Positions 8,820-18,739 of a stretch of DNA of 64,000 nt are shown here, piece by piece; position 1 is the stretch's first letter; each line of letters opens with the position of its first letter. The stretch spans positions 1 to 64,000 of IMG/VR virus record IMGVR_UViG_3300008261_000084; one strand, written 5' to 3'. Made by a program: the position numbers and the translations under genes. The DNA is from a virus. The notes beneath the pieces were generated by a model. The model saw only the letters and a program-made list of their open reading frames with translations, did not search any database and was not told where the DNA came from.

Positions 8820-10835
8820 ATGAAACCGTTAAATTTAAATAGCCAAAATTGTTCACCTATATCTTCAAACTGTGTTGTTTGGGAAGGGCCTAATATGCCA
8901 TGTATTAAATTATGCAAAGGTGATACAATATCTGACGTAATTGCTGAACTTGCAAATAAGTTATGCTCTTTATTTGATTCATTAGATGCTACATCATATG
9001 ATACAACATGTTTAGAATTAACTAAACAACCAAAAACAACTCAAGAATTAATACAAGTATTAATTGATAAAATATGTGACTTATCAAAAGCACCTGGTCC
9101 AAGAGGACCTGTTGGTCAAAGAGGTATAACTGGTCAACCAGGTACACCTGGTCCTGAAGGTCCGAAAGGAGATCTGGGCCCTGAAGGTCCAGAGGGTCCA
9201 GAAGGTCCAGCAGGTCCTCCAGGACAACCAGGTCAAAGAGGTGAAAAGGGTGATCCTGGTCTTCAAGGAGGTAAGGGTGATAAAGGTGATAAAGGAGATA
9301 AAGGTGAACAGGGTGAACAGGGTGAGAAAGGTGACCAAGGTGAAAAAGGTGAAAAAGGAGATCAAGGAGACAAAGGAGACAAAGGAGACAAAGGAGATCA
9401 AGGAGACAAAGGAGATCAAGGGGAAGTTGGCCCTAAAGGATTGGTTGATGTAACAACAAATTGTATAGAAGGTATTACTTCAAATACTGACATATACGCA
9501 TATGTTGATGTATCATCAGGTCCATATAGTAATGATTCTTGTGGTAGTGATGCAGATACAAATAGAAGTCTTCTATTTGTTGCAGTTAATGATTGGTATA
9601 ATGCATATAAATTAGCAAATCCTGATTATACAGGAAATCTTTACATATTTGTAGTTAATCAACCTGAGAATTATTTAAAGTGGCCTAGAAAAATTATAGA
9701 AGGAACTTTTACTGGTTTACTTCCATGGAATAGTGGTCCGCTTCCAAATCCTTCTCAAGTTATATGGATAGACCCAGCAACAGGTACAGCTGGTGATACT
9801 TATGCACCTTCTAATTTTGATACTGCAAACACTGGTCCAAATCCTTTGTGGGTTCCACCAACATCAATATTGTATATAGCATTTGTTAATGAATCTAATA
9901 TACCATCAGGTTATGAAAATTCTGATTATTATACATACCATGGTACTAATGCTATTCCTTCTTTAACAGTAGATCAACTACAACCAACATTAGGTTGGAC
10001 AACAGATTATAATGAGTTTACTTCTGATTATGCTGATCACTGGACTTTTTTTAAAGGTGTTATTTATCCTGTATATTGGTCAGGTTCTGCAAATCATGCT
10101 AATAACTTTTTATTACATGCATATGCAGCAACAACAAATGATGATATATCACTTACAGGATTACAGACTACACTAGGAGCTAATTACGATGCAGGGGTTT
10201 TTGGAGGTGTAACAGTTGGTCCTGGTTCTAACTTATATAAAACAAATAATCAAGGTTTATGGGATTATGGATGGTATTCATTTTTAGATAAAACATCAAG
10301 CGGTTGTAGTATAACATTTACAGCTACAGAATTTGCAGAGGATCTTGATTCTATACTTTACACTCCCGGTTTTGATACAGCTTCAATTATTGATAGTTGG
10401 GATTCTGATTCAGGAGTATTAACTTTAAAAGGTATAACATCAAGTTCTTTAGAAATTACTGATAATGATGGTTGTGTTCAAATTGAATGTGGTGACTGTG
10501 GTGCATCTACACATCTTTCTGTAAGAGTTCTGCCAGTGTGGGATGAAAACTCTTTAATTGCTTATCCTAGCGGTGCCGTAGGTGAAGTACTTTATTTTTG
10601 GGAGTTTGCTCAATCATATCCTTTACATGAATTTACAACACCTACCAATTTACAAACTGTTGGTTATACTCCTTGGCTTGTAGGAGGTGACTATAAACTT
10701 TATGGTGATGCTAATACTAATAATGCTTATTTTTATATGACATTAGCAAAAGTTAGTATTACAGATAGTTTAGGACGTAGTGCTTATGATACATATATGT
10801 TAATTAATGCTGATATATTTCAAAATAGACAATAG
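8820..10835 (+). CDS. Collagen-repeat tail/head fibre protein
   Basis: N-terminal Cys module shared with 10902..12773; about 38 consecutive Gly-X-Y triplets; globular C-terminal domains. Confidence 0.85.
   Translation: MKPLNLNSQNCSPISSNCVVWEGPNMPCIKLCKGDTISDVIAELANKLCSLFDSLDATSYDTTCLELTKQPKTTQELIQVLIDKICDLSKAPGPRGPVGQRGITGQPGTPGPEGPKGDLGPEGPEGPEGPAGPPGQPGQRGEKGDPGLQGGKGDKGDKGDKGEQGEQGEKGDQGEKGEKGDQGDKGDKGDKGDQGDKGDQGEVGPKGLVDVTTNCIEGITSNTDIYAYVDVSSGPYSNDSCGSDADTNRSLLFVAVNDWYNAYKLANPDYTGNLYIFVVNQPENYLKWPRKIIEGTFTGLLPWNSGPLPNPSQVIWIDPATGTAGDTYAPSNFDTANTGPNPLWVPPTSILYIAFVNESNIPSGYENSDYYTYHGTNAIPSLTVDQLQPTLGWTTDYNEFTSDYADHWTFFKGVIYPVYWSGSANHANNFLLHAYAATTNDDISLTGLQTTLGANYDAGVFGGVTVGPGSNLYKTNNQGLWDYGWYSFLDKTSSGCSITFTATEFAEDLDSILYTPGFDTASIIDSWDSDSGVLTLKGITSSSLEITDNDGCVQIECGDCGASTHLSVRVLPVWDENSLIAYPSGAVGEVLYFWEFAQSYPLHEFTTPTNLQTVGYTPWLVGGDYKLYGDANTNNAYFYMTLAKVSITDSLGRSAYDTYMLINADIFQNRQ
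9096..9440 (+). repeat. Collagen Gly-X-Y coding repeat with 9-bp tandem units
   Basis: GPR GPV GQR ... GDK GDQ; tandem GGAGACAAA/GGAGATCAA units at about 9357-9420. Confidence 0.9.
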
Positions 10836-10866
10836 TTGAGTAAGTTAGTTTGTCTAACCTAATAAA

Positions 10867-10897
10867 TTGCATTTCAAAAATATTATAACTATATTAT
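10867..10897 (+). promoter_or_regulatory. Putative phage late promoter (TTG-N20-TATATTAT)
   Basis: TTG at 10867-10869 and ACTATATTAT at 10888-10897, just upstream of ATG 10902. Confidence 0.5.
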
Positions 10898-10901
10898 ATA
10901 T

Positions 10902-12773
10902 ATGAAACCACTTAATTTAGATAATAATTCTTGTAGTCCAATATCAAGTAACTGTGTTATTTGGCAAGGTCCAAATATCCCTTGTATAAAACTATGTACT
11001 GGAGATAGCATTACTGATGTTATACATGCATTGGCTACTGAGTTATGTAATATTGTTGATCAAGTTGACATATCAACATTAGATTTGTCTTGTTTAGATA
11101 TTACTACTGGTGAACCTGCAAACTTAAATGAACTATTACAAATTTTAATTAATAAAATATGTAGTGTAAATAATGTACCTGTTCCAGCTACTTCTCCAAA
11201 AAGAGGTGGTTCATCTTGTCCTACAGATTGTATCGTACCAGTTGCTGAATGTTTACAAACAGGTGGTCAAACAACAATGAAACTGTTAGACTATGTTCAA
11301 TTAATTGCTAATAAGATTTGTACAATTTTAGATAGTATTACAACTATCAATAATTCAATTACTAATTTAACAACAAGAGTAACTATATTAGAATCTGTTC
11401 CACCAACACCACCATATATATTACCTAGTGTTAGACCAGATTGTACATTAGCTGATGGAAGTGTAGTTTCAGGAACAGAATATAAATTAAATATAATATT
11501 AGAAGCATTAATAAATGATGATAACCACGGGTACTGTGCATTGCTTTCTTCTACAGGACAACCTTCTGAAATAACACAAGCTTACTTATCACAACCAGTA
11601 TTTGGTACAGATATAGCATTATCACAATGTAATACAACATTAGCACAAAAGTTTGCTACTAGTTGGTTTACTTCTCCAGATAATTTAAGTAAAAGTTTTA
11701 CAGACTTATGGTTAACAGTAAAGGATTTAAGAGATGCTTATAAAACATATAAAGTTGTAGCAGGTAACTCTAATGTAACAGTTACCCCAACAACTAATGT
11801 TACAGCTTGTGGACCTGAATTACAATTTGCGGTTTCTGCAAAAGGATCATCAGTTGTTGCAGGTACTAATGTTACTGTAACATCAAATGAGGTTGCCGGA
11901 AATACAACTTATACTGTAAATGCAACTTCAAAAAATACTACTGTTGTAGCTGGTGATAATATTACAGTAGCAGCAAATACAACAGATCCTACAAATACAA
12001 TTTATACAGTAACAGGTAAAGAAGCAATTGTAACTGCATCAACAGATACAAATAATACTGCTACAGTAACTCCTACACCAGGACCTGGATCAAATGATAC
12101 AACATATTCTGTATATAGTAGATATGGTTTAGAATCAGTTGTATTTGCAACAGTAATAAATACTACAGCAAAACCAACTTTTATTCTAAAAAATTCAGGT
12201 GGTCCATTTACAGGTGATATTCCAATAAGAACACCAGGTGGGGCAATAACAATTGGTGAAGATATGGATATGTTAGTTCGTTATAATGTTGTAACTATTA
12301 ATGATACAACTACTTCGACTATAACTACCGCAGGTGGTTATGTTCCTAATCAAACATTACCATTTGGAACATATTTTGCTGATCAAGGAACTGTTGTTTT
12401 TAATAAAGAAGGTACATATCAAATAACAGGTACATTACAATTAAAATCTACAAATGCAACACCTCCTATTTGGCAATCATCAGGTATAGGTTCATTTCAT
12501 TTAGGAATTTTATCTAATGCTAATAATGTTTATACGGGAAATTCACAATCTTTACAAGGACCTATTACTTATGTTACTAGTGTAACACCTTTGGCAACAG
12601 CTACTATTCCTGGTCAACATACTACAGTATCATTATCAGCTACAACAACAGCTAGATTAGGTTCAGGAGATCAGGTTAGATTGGGTGTGTTTAATTTTTC
12701 GGATAGACTATATAATGGTAATGAATACGGAGCTAGTGATATAATTAGATTTGCAATTACAAGATTAAGATAA
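10902..12773 (+). CDS. Tail fibre protein
   Basis: Shared Cys N-module, short coiled coil (ITTINNSITNLTTRVTILE), VVAGxNVTV...TxYTV beta repeats, and a C1q/BclA-like C-terminal pattern (EGTYQITG...LGSGDQVRL). Confidence 0.8.
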   Translation: MKPLNLDNNSCSPISSNCVIWQGPNIPCIKLCTGDSITDVIHALATELCNIVDQVDISTLDLSCLDITTGEPANLNELLQILINKICSVNNVPVPATSPKRGGSSCPTDCIVPVAECLQTGGQTTMKLLDYVQLIANKICTILDSITTINNSITNLTTRVTILESVPPTPPYILPSVRPDCTLADGSVVSGTEYKLNIILEALINDDNHGYCALLSSTGQPSEITQAYLSQPVFGTDIALSQCNTTLAQKFATSWFTSPDNLSKSFTDLWLTVKDLRDAYKTYKVVAGNSNVTVTPTTNVTACGPELQFAVSAKGSSVVAGTNVTVTSNEVAGNTTYTVNATSKNTTVVAGDNITVAANTTDPTNTIYTVTGKEAIVTASTDTNNTATVTPTPGPGSNDTTYSVYSRYGLESVVFATVINTTAKPTFILKNSGGPFTGDIPIRTPGGAITIGEDMDMLVRYNVVTINDTTTSTITTAGGYVPNQTLPFGTYFADQGTVVFNKEGTYQITGTLQLKSTNATPPIWQSSGIGSFHLGILSNANNVYTGNSQSLQGPITYVTSVTPLATATIPGQHTTVSLSATTTARLGSGDQVRLGVFNFSDRLYNGNEYGASDIIRFAITRLR

Positions 12774-12778
12774 TTGAT

Positions 12779-13363
12779 ATGAAAAACAACTGTCAAGACT
12801 GTGGATGTGATGATAACTTACCAGTAAATGGTTGTTATGATAACTGTCCACCTGCTGATAAATGTGATAACACATTTGATTTAGGCTGTGTTACTTATAC
12901 AGGAGAACCAGTAGTGTGTGGTGGTCAGACATTATTAAATACTAATGAATCTCTTGAATCAGGACTAATTAATATCACAACTAAAATTTGTGATAGTACA
13001 ACTAATGATAGAGCATTTTTTGATGTTAATTTTACACAACCGCAAACATTAAAGTTAATGGTTACACCTTCAGGAGGTGTTGCACCATATAGTTATGAAT
13101 GGGTACAAGAAAAAAGTAATGTCCCTACAGGTATATTAATAGCAAGTGGAGCTAATACAAGTACATTAACATTTGTAAGAAATCTTACAAATCGGAGTAT
13201 AGGTTCACAACTGGCACCAATCAATATAGTAGATTTTGTTAATCCTTATAAATACTATCATAATTTTACACATTTAAAATTAAAAATTACAGATAGTACA
13301 GGTAAAATAGATTATAAAAATTATCTATATTATTTAACAGAAGGTGCTATTTTTTATGAATAA
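12779..13363 (+). CDS. Short fibre-module protein
   Basis: CVTYTG Cys module plus GGVAPYSYEW...KITDSTG Ig/SprB-repeat-like domain. Confidence 0.65.
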   Translation: MKNNCQDCGCDDNLPVNGCYDNCPPADKCDNTFDLGCVTYTGEPVVCGGQTLLNTNESLESGLINITTKICDSTTNDRAFFDVNFTQPQTLKLMVTPSGGVAPYSYEWVQEKSNVPTGILIASGANTSTLTFVRNLTNRSIGSQLAPINIVDFVNPYKYYHNFTHLKLKITDSTGKIDYKNYLYYLTEGAIFYE

Positions 13364-13399
13364 AAATAATTTAATTTTATAAAGTAAATATTATATATT

Positions 13400-14764
13400 A
13401 TGCCAGCTTGCAAAAATTGTGGTGGAAGTAACAATAAAGTAGTTTATAATTACACACCTAAGATATATACTATATGTCCAGCACCAGCTAATTGTGCTGA
13501 TGAAAATAAGTGCAGTGAAATATTAGATGCAGCTTGTGTTCAATACACAGGAAACAATATTATTAAATGTTCTACTGAAGATATTGTTATTCAATATGAT
13601 TCAGCTGAAGATGCTTTTATAAAAATTATAGATTTACTTTGTGAAAGATTACCAGAACCATTATCATCATTAGCTGCAGATATTGTAGAAGAAACTGATG
13701 AAAATGGATTCCCTAAATTAAGTGCTATTGCTATTAATGGAGTAGGTCCATATACCTATGAATGGAAATTAAAAAATGATAAACTTGCTCCACATTACAT
13801 AGAAGGAAGTAATACACAAGTTTCATTAAGATTAAACTGTTTAGGTGAAAATGGATTTAATGTAGAATTACCACAAGATGCAGAAGATCCATTATTTAAT
13901 ATAAAAATATCAAATGTATATTTAAAAATTACTGATGCAACAAATGCTACTGCATTTACACATTATGATTATATTTATAACTGTTACTTACCAGTAGCTA
14001 ATGATCCTATAGAACAAGAATATATAGGTTCAGATAAAATGGCTTTTTGGGATTTTGGTCCACATCCTGTAACTACAACATTTGTATTTATGGATGATAT
14101 AACAGAATTATCTACTTGTGAATATATTAAAAATTATATTTGTGATTCTGAAAGAGATTCCTATACTAGATATCTACGTGATACTCTTTTAAGAGAACAG
14201 AATGAAAATGCTGTTAACTATTTATCTGGAGGTAGAGGTCTTTTTCCACCTTATTTTTTTCCTTTAGATTATAGTATTTTTGAAAGAGATGGTTTGTATT
14301 CTCAACAATGGATGGGTTTACAACAGTTTCCTAAAATTGTTACAGTTCCAAAAGGATGTCTTCCATGTACACAAACTTATTTATGGAATAGAATTATTCC
14401 TGATTATGGTCAATCATTAGCTGAAAGATATCCACAACCAGAATACGCATGTTTGATGTTTAATGAAATCCCAAGACTTTTTCAAACTTTAGCTGAGTAT
14501 CCTGATGGGCAATGGGGGGATGTTTTATTATTAGATATATCTGGTAATTTCCAATACGCATGGGACCCTATAGATAATATTTGGAGTAGTGTATTATTTA
14601 GTGCTATAGAAGATAGTTATGTTAAATATACGGCAACTAGAGATGCCCATTTAAAAGCAATTAATGAACTTAGTCTTGCTCAAAATGCTTATTTACTTGG
14701 TGGTGATGTTGCTGCATTACACAGGTATAGATATGCACAAATAAAACCTTATTATATAAATTAA
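13400..14764 (+). CDS. Fibre-module protein, paralogue of 15411..16784
   Basis: CVQYTG module, GVGPYTYEW, ITDA, and YAWDP...W motifs mirrored in 15411..16784. Confidence 0.7.
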   Translation: MPACKNCGGSNNKVVYNYTPKIYTICPAPANCADENKCSEILDAACVQYTGNNIIKCSTEDIVIQYDSAEDAFIKIIDLLCERLPEPLSSLAADIVEETDENGFPKLSAIAINGVGPYTYEWKLKNDKLAPHYIEGSNTQVSLRLNCLGENGFNVELPQDAEDPLFNIKISNVYLKITDATNATAFTHYDYIYNCYLPVANDPIEQEYIGSDKMAFWDFGPHPVTTTFVFMDDITELSTCEYIKNYICDSERDSYTRYLRDTLLREQNENAVNYLSGGRGLFPPYFFPLDYSIFERDGLYSQQWMGLQQFPKIVTVPKGCLPCTQTYLWNRIIPDYGQSLAERYPQPEYACLMFNEIPRLFQTLAEYPDGQWGDVLLLDISGNFQYAWDPIDNIWSSVLFSAIEDSYVKYTATRDAHLKAINELSLAQNAYLLGGDVAALHRYRYAQIKPYYIN

Positions 14765-14769
14765 ATAAT

Positions 14770-15405
14770 ATGAGCTTATTAAAAAATATAGATGTTTGGA
14801 AAGGTTATAGACCAAGAGTATGCAATTTTGATCTTGATGATTATTGTTTATCTGGTATTATTGGTAATAATATTACAGGTATTGCAGACATACCAAGTTC
14901 AAGTAGTTTGGGTCAAGACCCAGATTCTTTATGGACTACAGCAAGAGCTACAAGAGATGCATATTTAAGAGCTGTTAACGAAGTGTTTGGAACTTGTATA
15001 AATTTTTATATTGATCCTGATGCTAATAATCCATCACCTTATCGAGAATGTATTACAGAAAGTCAATGGAATGCAATAATGGATTTATATAACGGTCCTG
15101 ATGGTTTTGTTAGTAAATCAATTAATTTAATAACAAAAGGTGATTTATTTTTTAATTCTTTGATGCCTAGTAGGCTTAAAAGAACTGATACTGTAACATG
15201 GTATTATAGAAAATTTATTATTTCTTATCAAGATCTTCCTGTACAAGAGCCACAAGTTTTTTTTACAATAGATTTTAAAACTTCATTATACCCTACAGCT
15301 CAAAGTTATATTGAATATACTGAATGTGTAAGAGATTATGTTCAATTTGTAAAAAGATTTATTAAAGCAATTACTAATTGTGATTTTCAAATTTACCAAC
15401 CTTAA
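14770..15405 (+). CDS. Fibre-module partner protein, paralogue of the N-part of 16825..18036
   Basis: MSLLKNIDVW...PRVCNFDLDDY..SG..GNN...TARATRDAYLR versus MSFIKNIQVW...PRVCNFDFEDY..SG..GNN...TARATRDAYVR. Confidence 0.75.
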   Translation: MSLLKNIDVWKGYRPRVCNFDLDDYCLSGIIGNNITGIADIPSSSSLGQDPDSLWTTARATRDAYLRAVNEVFGTCINFYIDPDANNPSPYRECITESQWNAIMDLYNGPDGFVSKSINLITKGDLFFNSLMPSRLKRTDTVTWYYRKFIISYQDLPVQEPQVFFTIDFKTSLYPTAQSYIEYTECVRDYVQFVKRFIKAITNCDFQIYQP

Positions 15406-15410
15406 TAATT

Positions 15411-16784
15411 ATGGCACGTTGTAATTCATGTAATCAAAATAATAACAATCCTATAGTGACACCACCAGTTGAGTGTCCTACACCTATTAAGTGTGATGAG
15501 GTAATGGATGCTTTGTGTGTATTATACACAGGAGATAAAATTAATCTTTGTCTTACTAATGAAGCTGCTATAAACAAATCCGACAACTTATCTGAAATAC
15601 TACAAATATTAGTAGATAAAATATGTGCTCTAGAGCAGAAAAATGTTGTAACGGCAGAGATATTACACAATAATTCAGGAGCACCTTTTCCTACCCTAGT
15701 ATCTCAGGTAACAGGAGGAGTAGGTCCTTACACATATCAATGGAGAGCTGCCTTAACACCAACAATTACAGATAATACTTTTATTAACACAAGTACTGTA
15801 GTAGGAGGTCATAGAGTAATAGGTTCAACTACTAATCCATTTTTAAATTTAGATGCTATAAACATTATGGGTATAGAATCTAAATTTGATATGGATAACA
15901 TAAAGTTTTCTTACTTAGAACTTATAGTAACTGATTCATTAGGTAATAAAGGAAATGCATATTATAAATATACTTCATCTTGTTATGAAACTGTACCTGT
16001 AGCATCATTACCAAGACCACAATACTTAGGGGCTAATCTTAAAAGTAATACTGGTTATCCAGGTGCAGAATGGAAATTCCCATCATTAGATTTTTGTGAC
16101 AACTATAATCTTATGACAACATGCGATAATCTTAAAAATCTTTATTGTATACCAGGTTATGAATATGGAGCAGATGCAGATGCTGAGTATAGATCTGAAA
16201 GAAATACTTATTTACGGGATTTAAATGAAAATTTATTAGCAGCTGAAATAGGTGTACCAGCTTCACAACTAGTAGATTTAGAACCTCAAGTAGAATCATT
16301 AAAAGATTTACAAAGTTTGTTAGGTTATAGACCTGATGGTTTTATGACATTTACTAATTTAATGTCATGTCCACAATGTAGTAAAGAAGCATGGAATGTT
16401 ATTACATATAATGGTGATACATTATCTGAAATATTTCCTTCATTAACAAATCCATCTTGTGATTTTTATTGGCTTGAACAAAGCAATTCATTTCCAATAA
16501 CAGGTCAAGCAGGACAACTTTTTATATTAGAAGGTAGTAGTGATACATATGCATGGAATCCTACTAGTCAAAATTGGGATATAAACTTAGGTCTTTTAAT
16601 TGTAAACAATTTTCTTTCTGATACAAATCAAGCAGGTGAGACATTAGTAAGTGAATATAAAAGATATTTGAATGATTTTATACAAGCTCATTTACCTTTT
16701 TTAGAAGCTAATTTGTATATTCCATTACATAGATGGAAATACAATACTATAAGATATAATCATTGTAGTTGTGATGGACAGTAA
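15411..16784 (+). CDS. Fibre-module protein, paralogue of 13400..14764
   Basis: CVLYTG module, GGVGPYTYQW, VTDSLG, YAWNP...W. Confidence 0.7.
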   Translation: MARCNSCNQNNNNPIVTPPVECPTPIKCDEVMDALCVLYTGDKINLCLTNEAAINKSDNLSEILQILVDKICALEQKNVVTAEILHNNSGAPFPTLVSQVTGGVGPYTYQWRAALTPTITDNTFINTSTVVGGHRVIGSTTNPFLNLDAINIMGIESKFDMDNIKFSYLELIVTDSLGNKGNAYYKYTSSCYETVPVASLPRPQYLGANLKSNTGYPGAEWKFPSLDFCDNYNLMTTCDNLKNLYCIPGYEYGADADAEYRSERNTYLRDLNENLLAAEIGVPASQLVDLEPQVESLKDLQSLLGYRPDGFMTFTNLMSCPQCSKEAWNVITYNGDTLSEIFPSLTNPSCDFYWLEQSNSFPITGQAGQLFILEGSSDTYAWNPTSQNWDINLGLLIVNNFLSDTNQAGETLVSEYKRYLNDFIQAHLPFLEANLYIPLHRWKYNTIRYNHCSCDGQ

Positions 16785-16824
16785 CAAACTATAAAAAATA
16801 GAGCATAAAATTAAATTAAGAATT

Positions 16825-18036
16825 ATGAGTTTTATAAAAAACATACAAGTTTGGAATAATCAGATACCAAGAGTTTGCAATTTTGATTTTGAAGATTACA
16901 CAACTTCTGGTTGGGTTGGTAATAATTGTAGACTTTTTACTAATCCACAAGATAATTATAATAACTTATGTGCAGAAGATATAGCTACAACAGCTAGAGC
17001 AACTAGAGATGCATATGTTAGATCATTAGATCAACTATTTGATTCTATATATGAGTTTTATTTTAATCAAGATAATCCAACATATGGTATAACACGTTCT
17101 GAAAATAATAATTGTATAACACCTACACAGAGACAAGCTTTTTTAGATGCCTATTGGGGACCAACAGGATTAAAATCAAAACTTTGGGATGTACTTTTTA
17201 TAAAACAACCGCAATTATTCAATGCTATGTATCCAAGCTGTAGTAGTGAAAAGTATAACGGAATACAAGATTTTACCGTAAATTGGCAAAGTGCTTATGG
17301 TCAACCAAGTACACCTGTAACATATCAAATTGATTTTACAAATTATCAATCTTTAAATTATTACATAGTAGACGCATATGAGTTAGCTATTAAAAATCTT
17401 ATGCAAGAAGTAAAAAATACTTTGATAAAATTAACTAATGCCCCTTTAACTATTAGTCAAAATAAAACATGTTCTGATGATGTTACAATCGGATCTCAAA
17501 TATGGACTAGATGTAATTTAGGTATAACAACATACAGAAATGGAGAGGTAATACCACAGGTGACTGATCCTACTCAATGGAGTAATCTTACTACAGGAGC
17601 GTGGTGCTATTATAATAATGATCCTTCTACTGAACCTAAATACGGTAAACTATACAATTGGTATGCCGTTAATGATCCTAGAGGTATTGCTCCAACTGGT
17701 TATCACGTACCAAGTGATACTGAGTGGACAGTTTTAACAGATTATCTAGGTGGTGAAAGTGTTGCAGGTGGTAAAATGAAAAAAGCAGGTACAGCTTATT
17801 GGAATGCTCCTAATACAGATGCAACTAATAGTTCAGGATTTACTGGTCTTCCGGGCGGTGACCGCTCCAACAATGGTGTTTACAGCACCATTGGCTACAA
17901 CGGTAGCTGGTGGAGTTCTTCAGAGGACAATACAAACTATGCTTGGTACCGCTACCTGAGCAACAGCGATGGCGGTGCACACAGGGACAGCTACAATAAG
18001 TTTAGCGGGTTCTCTGTTAGACTCATCAAAGATTAA
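16825..18036 (+). CDS. Putative receptor-binding protein with C-terminal Fibrobacter succinogenes major paralogous domain (FISUMP, C-type lectin fold)
   Basis: VTIGSQIWTRCNL...YRNG...GAWCYYNND....YGKLYNWYAV.DPRGIAPTGYHVPSD.EW...GFTGLPGG.R...WWSSS...GFSVRLIKD is the canonical family pattern. Confidence 0.9.
   Translation: MSFIKNIQVWNNQIPRVCNFDFEDYTTSGWVGNNCRLFTNPQDNYNNLCAEDIATTARATRDAYVRSLDQLFDSIYEFYFNQDNPTYGITRSENNNCITPTQRQAFLDAYWGPTGLKSKLWDVLFIKQPQLFNAMYPSCSSEKYNGIQDFTVNWQSAYGQPSTPVTYQIDFTNYQSLNYYIVDAYELAIKNLMQEVKNTLIKLTNAPLTISQNKTCSDDVTIGSQIWTRCNLGITTYRNGEVIPQVTDPTQWSNLTTGAWCYYNNDPSTEPKYGKLYNWYAVNDPRGIAPTGYHVPSDTEWTVLTDYLGGESVAGGKMKKAGTAYWNAPNTDATNSSGFTGLPGGDRSNNGVYSTIGYNGSWWSSSEDNTNYAWYRYLSNSDGGAHRDSYNKFSGFSVRLIKD
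17851..18036 (+). repeat. Putative DGR variable region (VR)
   Basis: Abrupt rise in GC with a run of NNC codons (GAC, TCC, AAC, TAC, AGC, GGC, CAC) at the 3' end of a CLec-fold gene in an A/T-ending genome. No TR or RT seen in the window. Confidence 0.6.
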
Positions 18037-18086
18037 ATATAATTAGTTAGTTGAAGTTTGTTGGTTTATTCTTACAACTACGGACA

Positions 18087-18115
18087 GACCCCTGCACTTG
18101 TAGGGGTTTTGTTTT
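18087..18115 (+). terminator. Rho-independent terminator / GC hairpin ending the fibre module
   Basis: ACCCCTGC / loop ACTT / GTAGGGGT followed by TTTGTTTT. Confidence 0.85.
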
Positions 18116-18156
18116 ATAGCTATATTTGCTAATATAACTAATTTTTACTATATTAT
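18098..18156 (+). promoter_or_regulatory. Tandem promoter-like elements: Bacteroidota-type TTG-N20-TATATTTG and phage-type TTG-N20-TATATTAT
   Basis: TTG 18098-18100 with TATATTTG 18121-18128 fits the -33/-7 TAnnTTTG consensus; TTG 18126-18128 pairs with ACTATATTAT 18147-18156. Confidence 0.5.
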
Positions 18157-18157
18157 T

Positions 18158-18739
18158 ATGAGAGAGTTTAAGACACCTGATTTATCAGCACCAAGATATA
18201 GACCTGAAGTATTTAATCTCTTAGACAAAGAGTTCTTTGATGGATTTAAAAAGAAGTATCCTAGATATGCTAAATATGAAAACAACATGTTAAAGAACAT
18301 AGCAAAAAGTTTTAACAAAAGTGTATACAATATGGTTGTTGATACAAGAGATGGTGTACAACTTCCTGATCAGATAGGATGGCTTTTTGTAGGAACATGT
18401 CAGCAAAGTAAGAAAAAAAATGTTGACTTCTCTAAATCCAGACAATATGGTGTAGAAGTATCCAATAATAATTTTGCTACGGATGGAAAGCTAGCAAAGA
18501 TATTTTTTACAAGCTATGCACTAAAACATAAAATGAAAAATAGAGAGTACTGGAGTTTTGTTGCATGTAGAGATTTTAAAAGGCTTGTAGCTAAATCATA
18601 TCCTGAAAATTGGAATATGTATAGAGTAGTAGAAAATAATAAAAAAATCAAAAAACTATATCAACAAATATATTATTCAGGAGTAGAAAAATTAAATACT
18701 CAAGCGGCTCTTAAAACATATAATGAATTTGAATTATGA
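18158..18739 (+). CDS. IHF/HU-like protein of crAss-like tail module
   Basis: Basic 193 aa; a helix followed by GVQLPDQIGWLFV resembles the HU/IHF VxLxxFGxF motif; position upstream of the tail tubular and stabilisation genes matches crAss-like phages. Confidence 0.55.
   Translation: MREFKTPDLSAPRYRPEVFNLLDKEFFDGFKKKYPRYAKYENNMLKNIAKSFNKSVYNMVVDTRDGVQLPDQIGWLFVGTCQQSKKKNVDFSKSRQYGVEVSNNNFATDGKLAKIFFTSYALKHKMKNREYWSFVACRDFKRLVAKSYPENWNMYRVVENNKKIKKLYQQIYYSGVEKLNTQAALKTYNEFEL

Noticed and set aside
9350-9420. 9-bp tandem repeats as a CRISPR array or VNTR-type element
   Set aside because: No spacers; fully explained by collagen GDK/GDQ coding.
10843-10860. Small hairpin GTTAG/CTAAC as a terminator
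   Set aside because: Stem of only about 5 bp with no T-tract.
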